Positions 13,125-27,600 of a stretch of 64,000 bases of DNA are shown in pieces. Source of the stretch: Eledone cirrhosa (Eukaryota); the NCBI GenBank assembly GCA_964016885.1, contig OZ024741.1, positions 347,758,001 through 347,822,000 on the forward strand, in the 5' to 3' direction. The position numbers and the translations under genes are program-made. The notes under the pieces are model-generated. The model was not told the origin of the DNA. It did no database searches and saw only the letters and a list, made by a program, of their open reading frames with translations. Within the stretch, counting starts at the first letter, position 1. Each line of letters starts with the position of its first letter.

Positions 13125-13472
13125 AACACACAAACAAACACACACACACACACACACAAACACACACGCACATCATGAATATAGGTGTGTATATATACGC
13201 ACAAGATTTTCCTAGCTATTGCACTCCAACACCCACAATCTTCCGCATACAAAATATAGGGCTGATGCTTATATATACACCCATCATCTCACAAATTACA
13301 ACAGACATTATATTGTTTGTCGCATCGCTACTCCGAAGCGCAAATCGATTAGATTATCCGCTTCATAAATACTATGGCTAACCCTGATACAATAACCTGC
13401 GAAACACATGGAACAGTGCGATCCAGAATGAAAATATAAATAAATGTAATGTAAACGAAACTTCGTCCTTCT

Positions 13473-13559
<87 letters not shown>

Positions 13560-13562
<3 letters not shown>

Positions 13563-13567
13563 GTTAC

Positions 13568-13600
<33 letters not shown>

Positions 13601-15132
13601 TACATATACGTGTTTTGCAACGGGTCACTTTGTGGCTCAATGAAAAGTTAATAAATTAAATAATCAGAGATATATATCATAAAACATGTCTATAGAATCA
13701 CCAGATAAAATATATGCCATTTCCTCTCCCAATTAGCATAATTAGCCATATAAAAAATCGAATAGACCAAGCTATAAGAATAAGGCTTCTATGAAGAAAT
13801 CTCCAACAAATAACCGAAACCAGCGCTTCGCGCCGGCTGCGACGGAATATTTCGACAGCGTAATCGCCCAGATATACAGTCAATTAAACAGAATTAGGTG
13901 TAAAATAAACTAGGAGAAAAGAGAATATATTTATTTACTTCGACCATGGTTTCGTCCGAATTTTAAGATATCCGATAGCTTCGGAACCTTGAGCACCGGA
14001 CTCTTCAGGAGTTAGCTCAAATCTAGACAATACATTTTCAAAAGTGATCGCACGAAGAATACATTAAAAAATGGCTAAGAATCGTGACGTAGGAGCCGTC
14101 AGGTTGGAAGTAGTGTGGTTAGTTGCTTACGGCTGGTGGCTTTTTGCTAGAAAGCGCAGCAAAATACAGCCAAATTTGTATCTCAACCTAACGGGAGATT
14201 ATTACATATAATGGTTACATATATATATATATATATATGTACCTATATACATATACCTGTTTTGTAACGGGTCACTTTGTGGCTCAATGAAAAGTTAATA
14301 AATTAAATAATCAGAGCTATATATCATGAAACATGTCTATAGAATCACCAGATAAAATATATACCATTTCCTCTCCCAATTAGCATGATTAACCATATAA
14401 AAAATCGAATAGACCAAGCTATAAGAATAAGGCTTTTATGAAGAAATCTACAACAAATAACCGAAACCAGCCCTGCGCGCCGGCTGCAACGGAATATTTA
14501 CCGAATATTTCAACGGCGTAATCACCCAGATATACAGTCAATTAAACAGAATTAGGTGTAAAATAAATTAGGAGAAAAGAGAATAACCTTTATATGTAAT
14601 AATCTCCCGTTAGATCGAGATGCAAATTTGGCTGTATTGTGCTGCGCTTTCTAGCAAAAAGCCACCAGCCGTAAGCAACTAACCACACTACATCCAACGT
14701 GACCGCTGCTACGTCACGATTCTTAGCCATTTTTTAATGTATTCTTGGCGCGATCACTTTGGAAAATGTATTGTCTAGATTTGAGCTAACTCCTGAAGAG
14801 TCCGGTGCTCAAGGTTCCGAAGCTATCGGATATCTTAAAATTCGAACGAAACCATGGTCGAGGTAAATAAATGTATTCTCTTTTCTCCTAGTTTATTTTA
14901 CACCTAATTCTGTTTAATTGACTGTATATCTGCGCGATTACGCTGTCGAAATATTCGATAAATATTCCGACGCAGCCGGCGCGAAGCGCTGGTTTCGGGT
15001 ATTTGTTGGAGACTTCTTCATAGAAGCATTATTCTTATAGCTTGGTCTATTCGATTTTTTATATGGTTAATTATGCTAATTGGGAGAGGAAATGGTATAT
15101 ATTTTATCTGGTGACTCTATCGACATGTTTTA

Positions 15133-15135
<3 letters not shown>
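13560..15135. mobile_element. ~645-bp HHR unit (family C): ~1.5 tandem copies on -, one copy on +, non-coding
   Basis: 13612-13925 repeated at 14259-14585; 14595-15135 inverted; HHRs ctc CTGAAGA gtccg...cg(g/a)ac GAAA ccatgg TC ga(g/a) at 13939-14011(-) and 14790-14862(+). Confidence 0.9.
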
Positions 15136-15169
<34 letters not shown>

Positions 15170-15229
15170 CCAAGGCTCAGATACTATCAACATCAAAAAC
15201 ACAGAGCTGGCATGTCTAAGAACTGACTA

Positions 15230-15285
15230 ACTGCCTGATGAAGTCATAGCCATTCAATGGCTATCATCGAAATATATATAGCAGT
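15230..15285 (+). ncRNA. Type I hammerhead ribozyme in a ~165-bp insert between TA tracts
   Basis: actgc CTGATGA agtc atagccat-tca-atggctat catc GAAA tatata TA gcagt. Confidence 0.85.
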
Positions 15286-15499
15286 AAATAAAGGATTATG
15301 AGTTCATGCAATTGACTTATGTTTCCTCACTATATATATATATGGGGGGGGGCGTGGGTGTATATATATATATATATATTTTTATATATATAAAGGAGTG
15401 AAGAATAACACGGATCAGCTATACAGTAGGTTTGATTCCAGGTATAAACAAAAAGTGTCTTAGAGCTGCTATCGGCAGTGTACCGCGACACTCGATTTT

Positions 15500-15815
15500 A
15501 ATTACAGTTCACACAAACTAATTCAGTTTAAACGCTTGGATTGCCCTAAACGATACCTTGTGAACTACGTTTGGTAATTCACCATCCACGCTATCCTCAA
15601 AAAGCAGAGTTGTTTACACAATGTGAGTATGTCTAATAATGTTAAGGAGTAGGAACGATGTATCAATACAACATCCTTGTGTAAATAACTCTGCTTTTTG
15701 AGTATACCAAGGATGGTGAAGAACCAAACGTAGAAGCCCACATACTTCATTGGAACTACATATTATCATAGAGCGCTGAAACTGAGGAACCACCAATTAA
15801 CACAGATAAATTATA
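15500..15815. repeat. Diverged inverted repeat between TA tracts
   Basis: ctacgtttggt..ttcaccatcc..ctcaaaaagcagagttgtttacacaa mirrored at 15677-15735; no HHR recognised. Confidence 0.65.
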
Positions 15816-15816
15816 C

Positions 15817-15882
<66 letters not shown>

Positions 15883-15887
<5 letters not shown>

Positions 15888-16352
15888 AATATGGAACGGG
15901 AACAAACAGAGAGGCAGTACGAACAAAGGTTTATTAGTTTCACGCTCTTGAGAGTGGGGGTGGCATTTCGGGCATAAGCCCTTCTTCAGGCGAAAAGTGT
16001 GTTGGAAGAGAGATCCAATGTTGTGTAGGGGAGTGGGGGAGAGACATTTAGAAAAATGGGGGAGGAGGAAACGGAGGAAAAACGGTGAAAGGGGTACAAA
16101 TAAAAATAAATATAAAAAAAATAAATATAAAAATAAACATGAAGATAAACAAGTGGTGGAAGGGTGTGGGGAGTGTAGGGGTGGTGGCGGGTGGAGTGGA
16201 GAGAGGGAGGCGGGTTGTCCGAGCGGGGAGGGCAGAAGGTGGTGTTTGTGTGTAGGTGTACGTGTGTGTGTGTGGTGTTTATACGTGTTGTGGTTGTAGG
16301 TGGTGTGTGGGAAAAAATTTTTGTGAGTGTATGTCCGTGGCTAATTCCTATA
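15883..16352 (-). mobile_element. 3' end of PLE-like repeat (same family as 9140-9905)
   Basis: CTGAAGA agggcttatgccc GAAA at 15966-15989(-); shared C/A-rich body. Confidence 0.6.
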
Positions 16353-16370
16353 CATACAATTATATATATA

Positions 16371-16449
<79 letters not shown>

Positions 16450-16472
16450 GCACACACATACACACACGCACA

Positions 16473-16539
<67 letters not shown>

Positions 16540-16849
16540 TATAATGTGTGCGAAAGAGTGAAATGGAATAATATATAAACATGTGAAGGGGGAGAGAATA
16601 AATAAATTTATATTTGTGCGTGCGTGGCCAGATATTTAGACGGAGCAAGGCAAAATGTAGAAATATAATTATGAAAACAGACACGATAAATCATGAAGTA
16701 AAAACAACCAGCGTTTGATCATGAGATAAGAAAGCAATCAAACTACAATAGTAACAAACACCGACACATTTTCAATTGTGTCTTTAAGTCAATTTTAAAT
16801 TACCGACCGAATGTAGATATTTAATGCTTCTTTCGGATGATTTTCAATT

Positions 16850-16918
16850 TTATTATCATTATTATTTTTATTATCATTATTATTATCATTCTTCTTCCAC
16901 TTCTTCTACTTCTTCTTC

Positions 16919-16973
<55 letters not shown>

Positions 16974-17508
16974 ATTATCATCATCACCGCCATCATCATC
17001 ATCATCACCCTCACCATCATCATCATCATCATCTATATCATCATCATCATCATCGTCGTTATTGGGGATGTTGCTGTTTCGTGTTGTGGTTATTATTATT
17101 CTCGTTTTATTTTATTAAATATAATTCATTGTCTGAAAGCATGCTATCTATTATATTCACAGATGCGATTCTCCGGTGCTAAAACCATTTTATTGATTGT
17201 TCGCTTTATTAAAAATAGTACCTCCGTTGTGAATAATATAATCCCGTATGAATCTATCACGTAGAGACAACAACAAGTATAATAAATAGCAATAACAATA
17301 AAAGAAACAATTAAAATTATGAAAAATAGTGCATTATCGAATGAAATAACATGAATGAATAACAACATCAATCACACCATTGAAAGACAACAAAACAATA
17401 TAACAATACCTAAGAGAATAGCAAACATTGAATCTACACAAACAACAAGAATAATAATAGTATTGATGATGATGATATTAATAATGATAATAATAATAAT
17501 AATAATAA

Positions 17509-17583
<75 letters not shown>

Positions 17584-17640
17584 AAGTAGTAGTAGTTATA
17601 ACAACATCATTACCGATAATAATAATGACAATAATATTAT
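16850..17640. repeat. Compound trinucleotide microsatellites (TAT, CTT, CAT, TAA, TAG)
   Basis: Seen directly; (TAG)n at 17508-17595. Confidence 0.95.
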
Positions 17641-18428
17641 AAAACTGATACTTAGGAACGTTAGAATGGCTTACCAATATTGAAAGAATTCATAAACCTT
17701 CTTCTGTATATGTATGGCATTTAACAGTTTGGGAAATCTGAAACCAGATAGATACTTCAGTTACAACTGTCCAGGTTTATAGCAGTTACATTGATATGAA
17801 AATTAGAATTTTCAAATGCTTTATGAAAAGATGGAAGAAAGCATATTTTAGTGGATTACAGCTGCCATTGGGAGAGACCGTAAGGAAACGGAAGATAGTT
17901 AAAACTAGAATTCGAGTATTTTAGAGCCGGATGATATTCTACAATGATAAATGAAGGAAAAGTATAAGGACATATTTAAAAAGAGTAAAAATGATTTTAA
18001 AATCCAAAGTAAATGGTGCAATGAAATTCTGGTTTGGACAGTTGCAGTGCGTAAATATAGTTTACCTATTCTCAGCATAGCATAAATAACAATGTTGTTG
18101 GATAGAATGAAGTGTCAGTTAAGTATATTGTACGGAGCGTTATACCCTAAAGCAAATATATACTTCAAGAGAAAATTGGTGGTAGAGGTCATATTTTTTA
18201 TCAGGAATGAAAGAACATTTGAAGAACATTTGGGTAATCAGTAACTAAGTGTAGTTGCAATATGCATCCAAAAGATATGCGTATAAAGTCAGATGGAATG
18301 TTTAGTATAGCGGAGTTTAGCTAATGATTATATGTTTTGTGCGTCCTTTTTTCCCTGGCTTTAAACTTCTTGTCTTTGTTTGTTTTGTGGTGCGTTTTTT
18401 TCTGTTTCTTGTATGTTCATGCATTTAC

Positions 18429-18519
<91 letters not shown>

Positions 18520-18685
18520 ATGATATTAAATAGATAGAAACTATATTTATAAAACATATTTATTCTATTATATATATTTCAAGGATACCAACATTTTGGT
18601 ACGATAATTATCAGATAAATTACGAAGTGTTTTTTTATAAATTTTGACTTTACCAAGGATAATATACCTTAACGGTTCAAGTTAT

Positions 18686-18754
<69 letters not shown>

Positions 18755-18875
18755 AGAGAGAGGGGGAGAGAGAGAGAGAAAGGCTTCTAAAGGACTAGAA
18801 CTCTTTCATTCGTAGGAGGCGTCCCTAGGCAGTATGCCAGTTGAGCACTCTATGCTCCTTCGGAGCAGAGCATAA

Positions 18876-19066
18876 TGATAATTGTTTCTACTTTTGGCAC
18901 AAGGCCAGCAATTATCCAGTGCATTACTGGTACTTTATTTTATGGACCCCGTAAGGATGAAAGGCAAAGTTGACCTCGGCGGGATTTGAACTCAGATCGT
19001 AAAGGCCCGTAACTCCATGCTGCAAAGCATGGCGTCCAACCCTCTACCGTTACTGCCAATCCAGCG
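18876..19066 (-). mobile_element. tRNA-derived SINE (same family as 12520-12697)
   Basis: aaggcaaagttgacctcggcgggatttgaactcag and tail tgtttctacttttggcacaaggcc. Confidence 0.85.
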
Positions 19067-19372
19067 GAGAATGAAGAATCAGTGATTCATCGGAACACAA
19101 TTTATTACGTATTACAATTGTTTCTACGGCGAACACCACGAGGTGCGATCTGTTTGTGGATCGAACCTGACTCTGGATTCGCAAGTTCCTCAGATATGTC
19201 TAGACACGTCTAGAGGATTTGCTTCGAAATCACTAGACGTATCTGAGGAACTTGCGAATCCAGAGTCAGGTTCGATCCACAAACAGATCGCACCTCGATG
19301 TGTTCGCCGGAGAAACAATTGTAATACGTAATAAATTGTGTTCCGATACATCACTGATTCTTCGTTCGCCAT
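19066..19372. mobile_element. Fold-back element with an HHR on each arm
   Basis: acgtat CTGAGGA [62 nt] GAAA caattg TA atacgt at 19237-19329(+); mirror at 19107-19199(-). Confidence 0.85.
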
Positions 19373-19375
19373 ATT

Positions 19376-19440
<65 letters not shown>

Positions 19441-19444
<4 letters not shown>

Positions 19445-20173
19445 GTTTACATATACATAAAGTCATAGATATATATGTTGGAACCGGTCACGTTCTGGCT
19501 CAATGAAGAATTAATAAATTAAATAATCAGAGCAATATATCATAAATCATGTCCTTAGAATTATTAGATAAAATATATACCATTTGCTCTCCCAATTAGC
19601 ATAATTTATAAACCTTTATATTTAATAATCTCCCGTTAGGTTGAGATATAATTGGGCGATATTTGGCGGCGCTTTCTAGCAACAAGCCTACCCGCCGTAA
19701 GCAACTAATCACATTCTTTCTAACTTGACCACTGCCACGTCACGATTATTAGCCATTTTAAAATCTATTTTTGGCGCGATCACTTTGGAAAACTAAATGT
19801 CTAATTTTGAGTTTGTCTACTAATGAATCCGATACTCTGGACATATCCTGTTAATTGGATGTCTAAAAATACGGATGAAACCATGGTTGAGATATAATTA
19901 CGGTATGTACACATTTCTTCTAAGTTTGAATTTACACCTAATTGTGTATGGTTGATGGTATATTTAGTCAGTTTCTATATGCTGTTGAAATGTTGGATAA
20001 ATACTCTATCGGGGCCACCGCGAAGAGGCCGCTTTCGGTTATTTGTCGGAAATGTCTTCATAGGAGCCTTTATTAATATAGCTTGGTCTAATTGATTTTT
20101 TATATCATTAATTATGCTAATTGGGAGAGGAAATGGTATATATTTTATCTAATAATTCTAAGGACATGATTTA

Positions 20174-20176
<3 letters not shown>
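19441..20176. mobile_element. Diverged family C element, inverted structure, mutated HHR core
   Basis: Homologous to 13560-15135; CTAATGA atccg...cggat GAAA ccatgg TT at 19820-19888. Confidence 0.85.
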
Positions 20177-20261
<85 letters not shown>

Positions 20262-20263
<2 letters not shown>

Positions 20264-20587
20264 CAGGGAGTGTAACGCGAAGTTACTGTAGGTTCACCCA
20301 GGTGAACACTCGATGTTTAGGTCCTCGTCAGTATCGAGAGGTAGAGGTGTACAGAGTTTTAATATAATAATACAATGATGAATGGTTACTCCTTCATTAC
20401 AATTATTGGTTGGTGACTCGCGTTTCGCTACTAATTAGCTCAAGATTCGATCTGTATCGATCTCGCCCGTCTCTGGAATCAAATTCTCGTCGGACCTCTG
20501 TGGTAGGAATGACATTCTGGACCAGATCGATACAGATTTAACCTTGAACTGATCAGTAGCGAAACGCGTGTCACCAAACAACAAATG

Positions 20588-20590
<3 letters not shown>
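20262..20590. mobile_element. Fold-back element with CCGACGA-core HHR-like motif
   Basis: ggt CCGACGA ... GAAA cgcgag TC acc at 20412-20496(-); 3' half mirrored at 20525-20590. Confidence 0.65.
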
Positions 20591-20623
<33 letters not shown>

Positions 20624-23600
20624 CATGCGATGGTATAAGTGTGTATGTGTGCACATATATGTATCTGCATGTGCATTTGTGGATGTATTTTTATAAATAT
20701 GAATAGATATATGTAGCTGAATGTGTTATGATTAATATATACTCATAACCTTATTCTATAAAATCCTTGATAAACTGTATTCATACTGATTTTAGGCGAA
20801 TAGTTCCTAATGATTAGATGTCATCCTATTGTTTGATTCATTATTACTAAATTAAACCTCCATAATTTTAATATTCTTTTTTTACTATACTATATTCTTA
20901 ATATTAAAGTTGCGCAAACTTTAATTAATTAGTATTATTCAATTCATAAGATTTATTACTATTACATTTTAATTTGTGCGTTTAGTCTTCCATACGTTTT
21001 TTTATCGCTATACTGGCTATATTGACGTTGTTTACGTTTTCGAATTTGGAGATATTCGGACATACGTTTGGTACATAATTATCTTCTTTGTATTATTTGA
21101 TGATTCTGAATAATCCAGTATAGAATAATAAAATGATACTTCTTTCGGTATTTGAAAGATTCGTTCGTAAATCTATTAAATAATGTAATTAAATCCTATT
21201 TATTTATTCATTTTTTATCTACTTTGTGATGTTATAAAGCTATTATGATTGGAAATTTACAAATTAGATTAAACTCTAAACCGTATTTTGCCAATCCTAC
21301 CCTGGACAATGAAATCGTATTTGATATTCGAATATCTATTTCTCTCATATGATTGTGTCATCAACTCATCTAATCGGCCTTGTTAATCCATTGTTATTGA
21401 AATAACCCGTGCGTAAATAGGATACGTCTCTCGACGTATTTTACTGTCAAGTTGAGTTATAATCTTGTTGAGCTGTGCACATCGGAGTATCAATACAATA
21501 ATAAATAAGTCAGTGTGGTTGAAATTTATATTATTTTAGTAATTACAGTAATAATGTTTTATATAATTCAGTGGTATATCATAAACTAGTTACGACCTCA
21601 TGAGACAGCTATTGTATAATCTTTTGTGCAACGTGTAATATGTGGCGGAGGATCGCAATTAATGGACTTAAACGTGTATGAGTGCCATTAAATCAATGAA
21701 ATGTGAAAAAAACAACACCCGAGCGGCCCGTTCTTTGACCCTTCGACATCATACTATACTATGCGCCCACCCTAAAATTACATATAGGGTAAAGTATACA
21801 TTTGAATAAAAATGGAATGATAAAGGAACAGGGTAAAAATCAACCAATAATATTGAATGAATACATGTTGAACAAAATATTACACATTTGCTGTCTCAGT
21901 AGGACATAAAACTATATGGTAGATACAACTGAAATATACGTAACAATAATAAGGTAATCAATAAAATGATGTAAGTTTGAATCACTTGCCATTATTCATA
22001 TTGTATTAAAAAAAAATTTCAAGATCACTAAATATAATGGCTTCTTATATTCAAGAACTTAAATTTGTTAAAGTATTTACACATACATCCTAAGTATGCT
22101 AACATCATTCTCCAATGCAATGAATTAAGCATCTTTATCATGTAAACTATTCACGTAATATGTATGTATCGTAAGGAATACAGCTGCAGTGTAAATGAAA
22201 TTATGTGAGACTCCAAAATTAGGTCAAACCAGCTATTCCCCTATATGTTTTAAAATATATTCAAGAATGCTTCACGTGTGTTGTAACACGGTAATATTTT
22301 AAATGTGTGAAAGAGAACGTTGATTGGCATTTTTATGTGTAGAGTTTATGATAGCATAGATGTATTATAACAATAAACATAAATGGAAACTTAGAAAAAC
22401 GTGTGAAAGTATTTTAATATGAAATAATTTTCCTCTCTAAGAAACATGGATTTTAAAATATTTGTGTCATTTTACACGTTCAATATGTGCGAAAATCGAT
22501 AAATTAACAAAACATAATTTTAATCTTAGAATGTTAGTATTTTCAGTACTCTCCGTCACTTTTTCTTTTTCCTTTGCACCTATTTTAACAGCACATGACT
22601 TCTTTTTTATCGCCTTGAATTATGGCTATAGAGTTTATGTGAAATATGTATTAATTACAACTGCAACATTCATTTCGTGTGAAATTTATCTTCCAAACAT
22701 ATTGTGTAAAATAATATGATAAAACACAAAGAAAACTAATATTGAAATATTTTTTTCTTCGGCTGGGTCTTTCATGCAGTTTCGTTTTTCATTTGAGGAA
22801 AATTTTCTTCAACTTCATTACATCAGGGAGGAACATGGGAAATATGTGTATCTTAGTATATCACATTAGTGCTACCACGACAATTATATTAATGTACTTG
22901 AGTAGAAAGGGGAAATAGAGGACAGTTATACAATGCGGAATAATGTATAAAAAAAGAAAAACAATTACACCGAACTATATTCGAGAAAGTATTTGGTGAG
23001 GATATACATGTTAGCTATATATTTGATGAGGAAGATTACAATTCCCACGTGAAATTCCCTATATTTCGGAATAAAATCATGCGAGTATCAATGCTTATAA
23101 CTCTAACTGAAGAATAAAAATAGAAAAATGAAAGAGTAATGTGAATGAAATGTGACACATACGAATCGAAAATCTAATAATTTGTGTGGTAAAACTACTA
23201 GCAATATAAAACAAAACAGAACTTTCCATTTCCCTGTTATAAAAGGAAAAAAAGTGATAGTTCTTGTTTTAGAAACAAATAAAATTACGTGTACGTTAAT
23301 TGTGCATATTCAATAAATGATATCCCTCCACCTAACTTATACGCCGAAACAATAACAATACCGGAATGAAATTATTTCAAATCAGGTTCTACAGTGTCCT
23401 TTTATCGATATGGGAAATTCATATGATTAGATAATGTTGCATATGTGAATGTACATATCTGTTGGTATAGAGGAAATGCTAGTAGTTTAACCATCTATAT
23501 GTTTAGTATTTCGTTATTGTTTTCAATTACTGCAACAATGGCGTCGATTAATACAAATATTAACATAATTTCGAACAGGTATTATACATGAAGCCGGGCT

Positions 23601-24600
23601 TGTTGAATGAAATTTATGCTTTCTATTCTCAAAAGGCTAACGTGCAAACAGACGTGTTAAAAACAAAATTATTACAAATAATTATTAGCGATAATTTAAT
23701 CTGTAATATAAAAGTTAAAGAGAATTGGTAAACTGAAAGAGAGCAACTGTGAATAAGATTATGTAGGAATTAAAATACAAGTGTTAATTTGTCAACAGGC
23801 ACAAGACTTAATGAGGCAATATGGAAAATACTCGGGGTAATTCACGTTATATGCAGACTAGAGAGATTCCTGGAAAGTGCAAGAACAGCTCTGGATATGT
23901 TCGGGTCTTATTTAATCGTCTTAGTGAAGTATATTATTCAACGTAATTGCAACACTTGATAATTGATATATATATATATATATACTATACTGAACTTACA
24001 AATTTATACTAACTAAATTTGTGTATAGTCTTTTATGACTTTACTAATAATTGATACTCATACTCACACCTTACACTGCCTCATTAAATTGAGTTGACAA
24101 ACCCTAATTAAGTTAACTCCTTGTAACAATAAACAAACATTTTTTTTTTACTAGCGTTCATTAGTTTGACAGATAACTCTACTTTGCACCGGTAATTACG
24201 TGCCTCAGAGCACAAAGACTTTTCCTCCATTTTTCTAAATGGAGTAATGCATTCTGATGTTAAAATACGTCTCTACCCATACAGGGTACTTTATTAAATA
24301 CTTTGCTTTTAATATTGCCTCAGAAGAGCCCCATTGAGCGACATATAGCTAAGAGCTTTTTTATAAATGTAATTTAACGGCTTGCCTCTCTTGCATTAAT
24401 ATTGTCACTTATAACCGCTCTGCTTATCTTCCTACACTAAATATTAACTCCACTAATATGTAACCCTGAGTACACAAGTATTGAGCACCTATATCATCCT
24501 CTTTTGGAAAATAACACTCTGTATCGCATCTCTTTATACCTCCTCTTTCTATCCTCATTTACGATACTGTAACTTTTTATTATATATATATATATATATA

Positions 24601-27600
24601 TTGGAATAAATGCTCTGAAATAGCGATATATATGTGAATATAGACATAGAATATTCGAAAATATTCTGTATGTTTATAATAAACATTTTGAAGACCTAAT
24701 CGCTATAGAATAGAATACGTCACGTATTACAATTAGATTCTCGATAAAAGCAAGGGAAGTAATCTACGCGTTTCATTCTTGTTAGAAATCATCAGGACTA
24801 CATATCCAGTGCTTTTATCGAGAATGACACAGCTAGAGACTTATAGAATACTTAGCTGTGTACAGGATCTGGTTTGAAAGAGCGGTTGCCGGTCCGGCAG
24901 AAATTAGAAATTGGAATAAATGCTCTGAAATAGCGATATATATGTGAATATAGACATAGAATATTCGAAAATATTCTGTATGTTTATAATAAACATTTTG
25001 AAGACCTAATCGCTATAGAATAGAATACGTCACGTATTACAATTAGATTCTCGATAAAAGCAAGGGAAGTAATCTACGCGTTTCATTATTGTTAGAAATC
25101 ATCAGGACTACATATCCAGTGCTTTTATCGAGAATGACACAGCTAGAGACTTATAGAATACTTAGCTGTGTACAGGAACTGGTTTGAAAGAGCGGTTGCC
25201 GGTCCGGCAGAAATTAGAAATTGGAATAAATGCTCTGAAATAGCGATATATATGTGAATATAGACATAGAATATTCGAAAATATTCTGTATGTTTATAAT
25301 AAACATTTTGAAGACCTAATCGCTATAGAATAGAATACGTCACGTATTACAATTTGATTCTCGATAAAAGCAAGGGAAGTAATCTACGCGTTTCATTCTT
25401 GTTAGAAATCATCAGGACTACATATCCAGTGCTTTTATCGAGAATGACACAGCTAGAGACTTATAGAATACTTAGCTGTGTACAGGAACTGGTTTGAAAG
25501 AGCGGTTGCCGGTCCGGCAGAAATTAGAAATTGGAATAAATGCTCTGAAATAGCGATATATATGTGAATATAGACATAGAATATTCGAAAATATTCTGTA
25601 TGTTTATAATAAACATTTTGAAGACCTAATCGCTATAGAATAGAATACGTCACGTATTACAATTAGATTCTCGATAAAAGCAAGGGAAGTAATCTACGCG
25701 TTTCATTCTTGTTAGAAATCATCAGGACTACATATCCAGTGCTTTTATCGAGAATGACACAGCTAGAGACTTATAGAATACTTAGCTGTGTACAGGAACT
25801 GGTTTGAAAGAGCGGTTGCCGGTCCGGCAGAAATTAGAAATTGGAATAAATGCTCTGAAATAGCGATATATATGTGAATATAGACATAGAATATTCGAAA
25901 ATATTCTGTATGTTTATAATAAACATTTTGAAGACCTAATCGCTATAGAATAGAATACGTCACGTATTACAATGATTTCTAACAAGAATGAAACGCGTAG
26001 ATTACTTCCCTTGCTTTTATCGAGAATCTAATTGTAATACGTGACGTATTCTATTCTATAGCGATTAGGTCTTCAAAATGTTTATTATAAACATACAGAA
26101 TATTTTCGAATATTCTATGTCTATATTCACATATATATCGCTATTTCAGAGCATTTATTCCAATTTCTAATTTCTGCCGGACCGGCAACCGCTCTTTCAA
26201 ACCAGTTCCTGTACACAGCTAAGTATTCTATAAGTCTCTAGCTGTGTCATTCTCGATAAAAGCACTGGATATGTAGTCCTGATGATTTCTAACAAGAATG
26301 AAACGCGTAGATTACTTCCCTTGCTTTTATCGAGAATCTAATTGTAATACGTGACGTATTCTATTCTATAGCGATTAGGTCTTCAAAATGTTTATTATAA
26401 ACATACAGAATATTTTCGAATATTCTATGTCTATATTCACATATATATCGCTATTTCAGAGCATTTATTCCAATTTCTAATTTCTGCCGGACCGGCAACC
26501 GCTCTTTCAAACCAGTTCCTGTACACAGCTAAGTATTCTATAAGTCTCTAGCTGTGTCATTCTCGATAAAAGCACTGGATATGTAGTCCTGATGATTTCT
26601 AACAAGAATGAAACGCGTAGATTACTTCCCTTGCTTTTATCGAGAATCTAATTGTAATACGTGACGTATTCTATTCTATAGCGATTAGGTCTTCAAAATG
26701 TTTATTATAAACATACAGAATATTTTCGAATATTCTATGTCTATATTCACATATATATCGCTATTTCAGAGCATTTATTCCAATTTCTAATTTCTGCCGG
26801 ACCGGCAACCGCTCTTTCAAACCAGTTCCTGTACACAGCTAAGTATTCTATAAGTCTCTAGCTGTGTCATTCTCGATAAAAGCACTGGATATGTAGTCCT
26901 GATGATTTCTAACAAGAATAAAACGCGTAGATTACTTCCCTTGCTTTTATCGAGAATCTAATTGTAATACGTGACGTATTCTATTCTATAGCGATTAGGT
27001 CTTCAAAATGTTTATTATAAACATACAGAATATTTTCGAATATTCTATGTCTATATTCACATATATATCGCTATTTCAGAGCATTTATTCCAATTTCTAA
27101 TTTCTGCCGGACCGGCAACCGCTCTTTCAAACCAGTTCCTGTACACAGCTAAGTATTCTATAAGTCTCTAGCTGTGTCATTCTCGATAAAAGCACTGGAT
27201 ATGTAGTCCTGATGATTTCTAACAAGAATGAAACGCGTAGATTACTTCCCTTGCTTTTATCGAGAATCTAATTGTAATACGTGACGTATTCTATTCTATA
27301 GCGATTAGGTCTTCAAAATGTTTATTATAAACATACAGAATATTTTCGAATATTCTATGTCTATATTCACATATATATCGCTATTTCAGAGCATTTATTC
27401 CAATTTCTAATTTCTGCCGGACCGGCAACCGCTCTTTCAAACCAGTTCCTGTACACAGCTAAGTATTCTATAAGTCTCTAGCTGTGTCATTCTCGATAAA
27501 AGCACTGGATATGTAGTCCTGATGATTTCTAACAAGAATGAAACGCGTAGATTACTTCCCTTGCTTTTATCGAGAATCTAATTGTAATACGTGACGTATT

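Noticed and set aside
13380-13420. HHR-like CTGATAC...GAAAC
   Set aside because: Core deviates at two positions and helices do not pair
17650-18330. Possible ancient RTE-like LINE 3' remnant (and an RT motif-like patch at 27940-28000 on -)
   Set aside because: Too degenerate to support by eye
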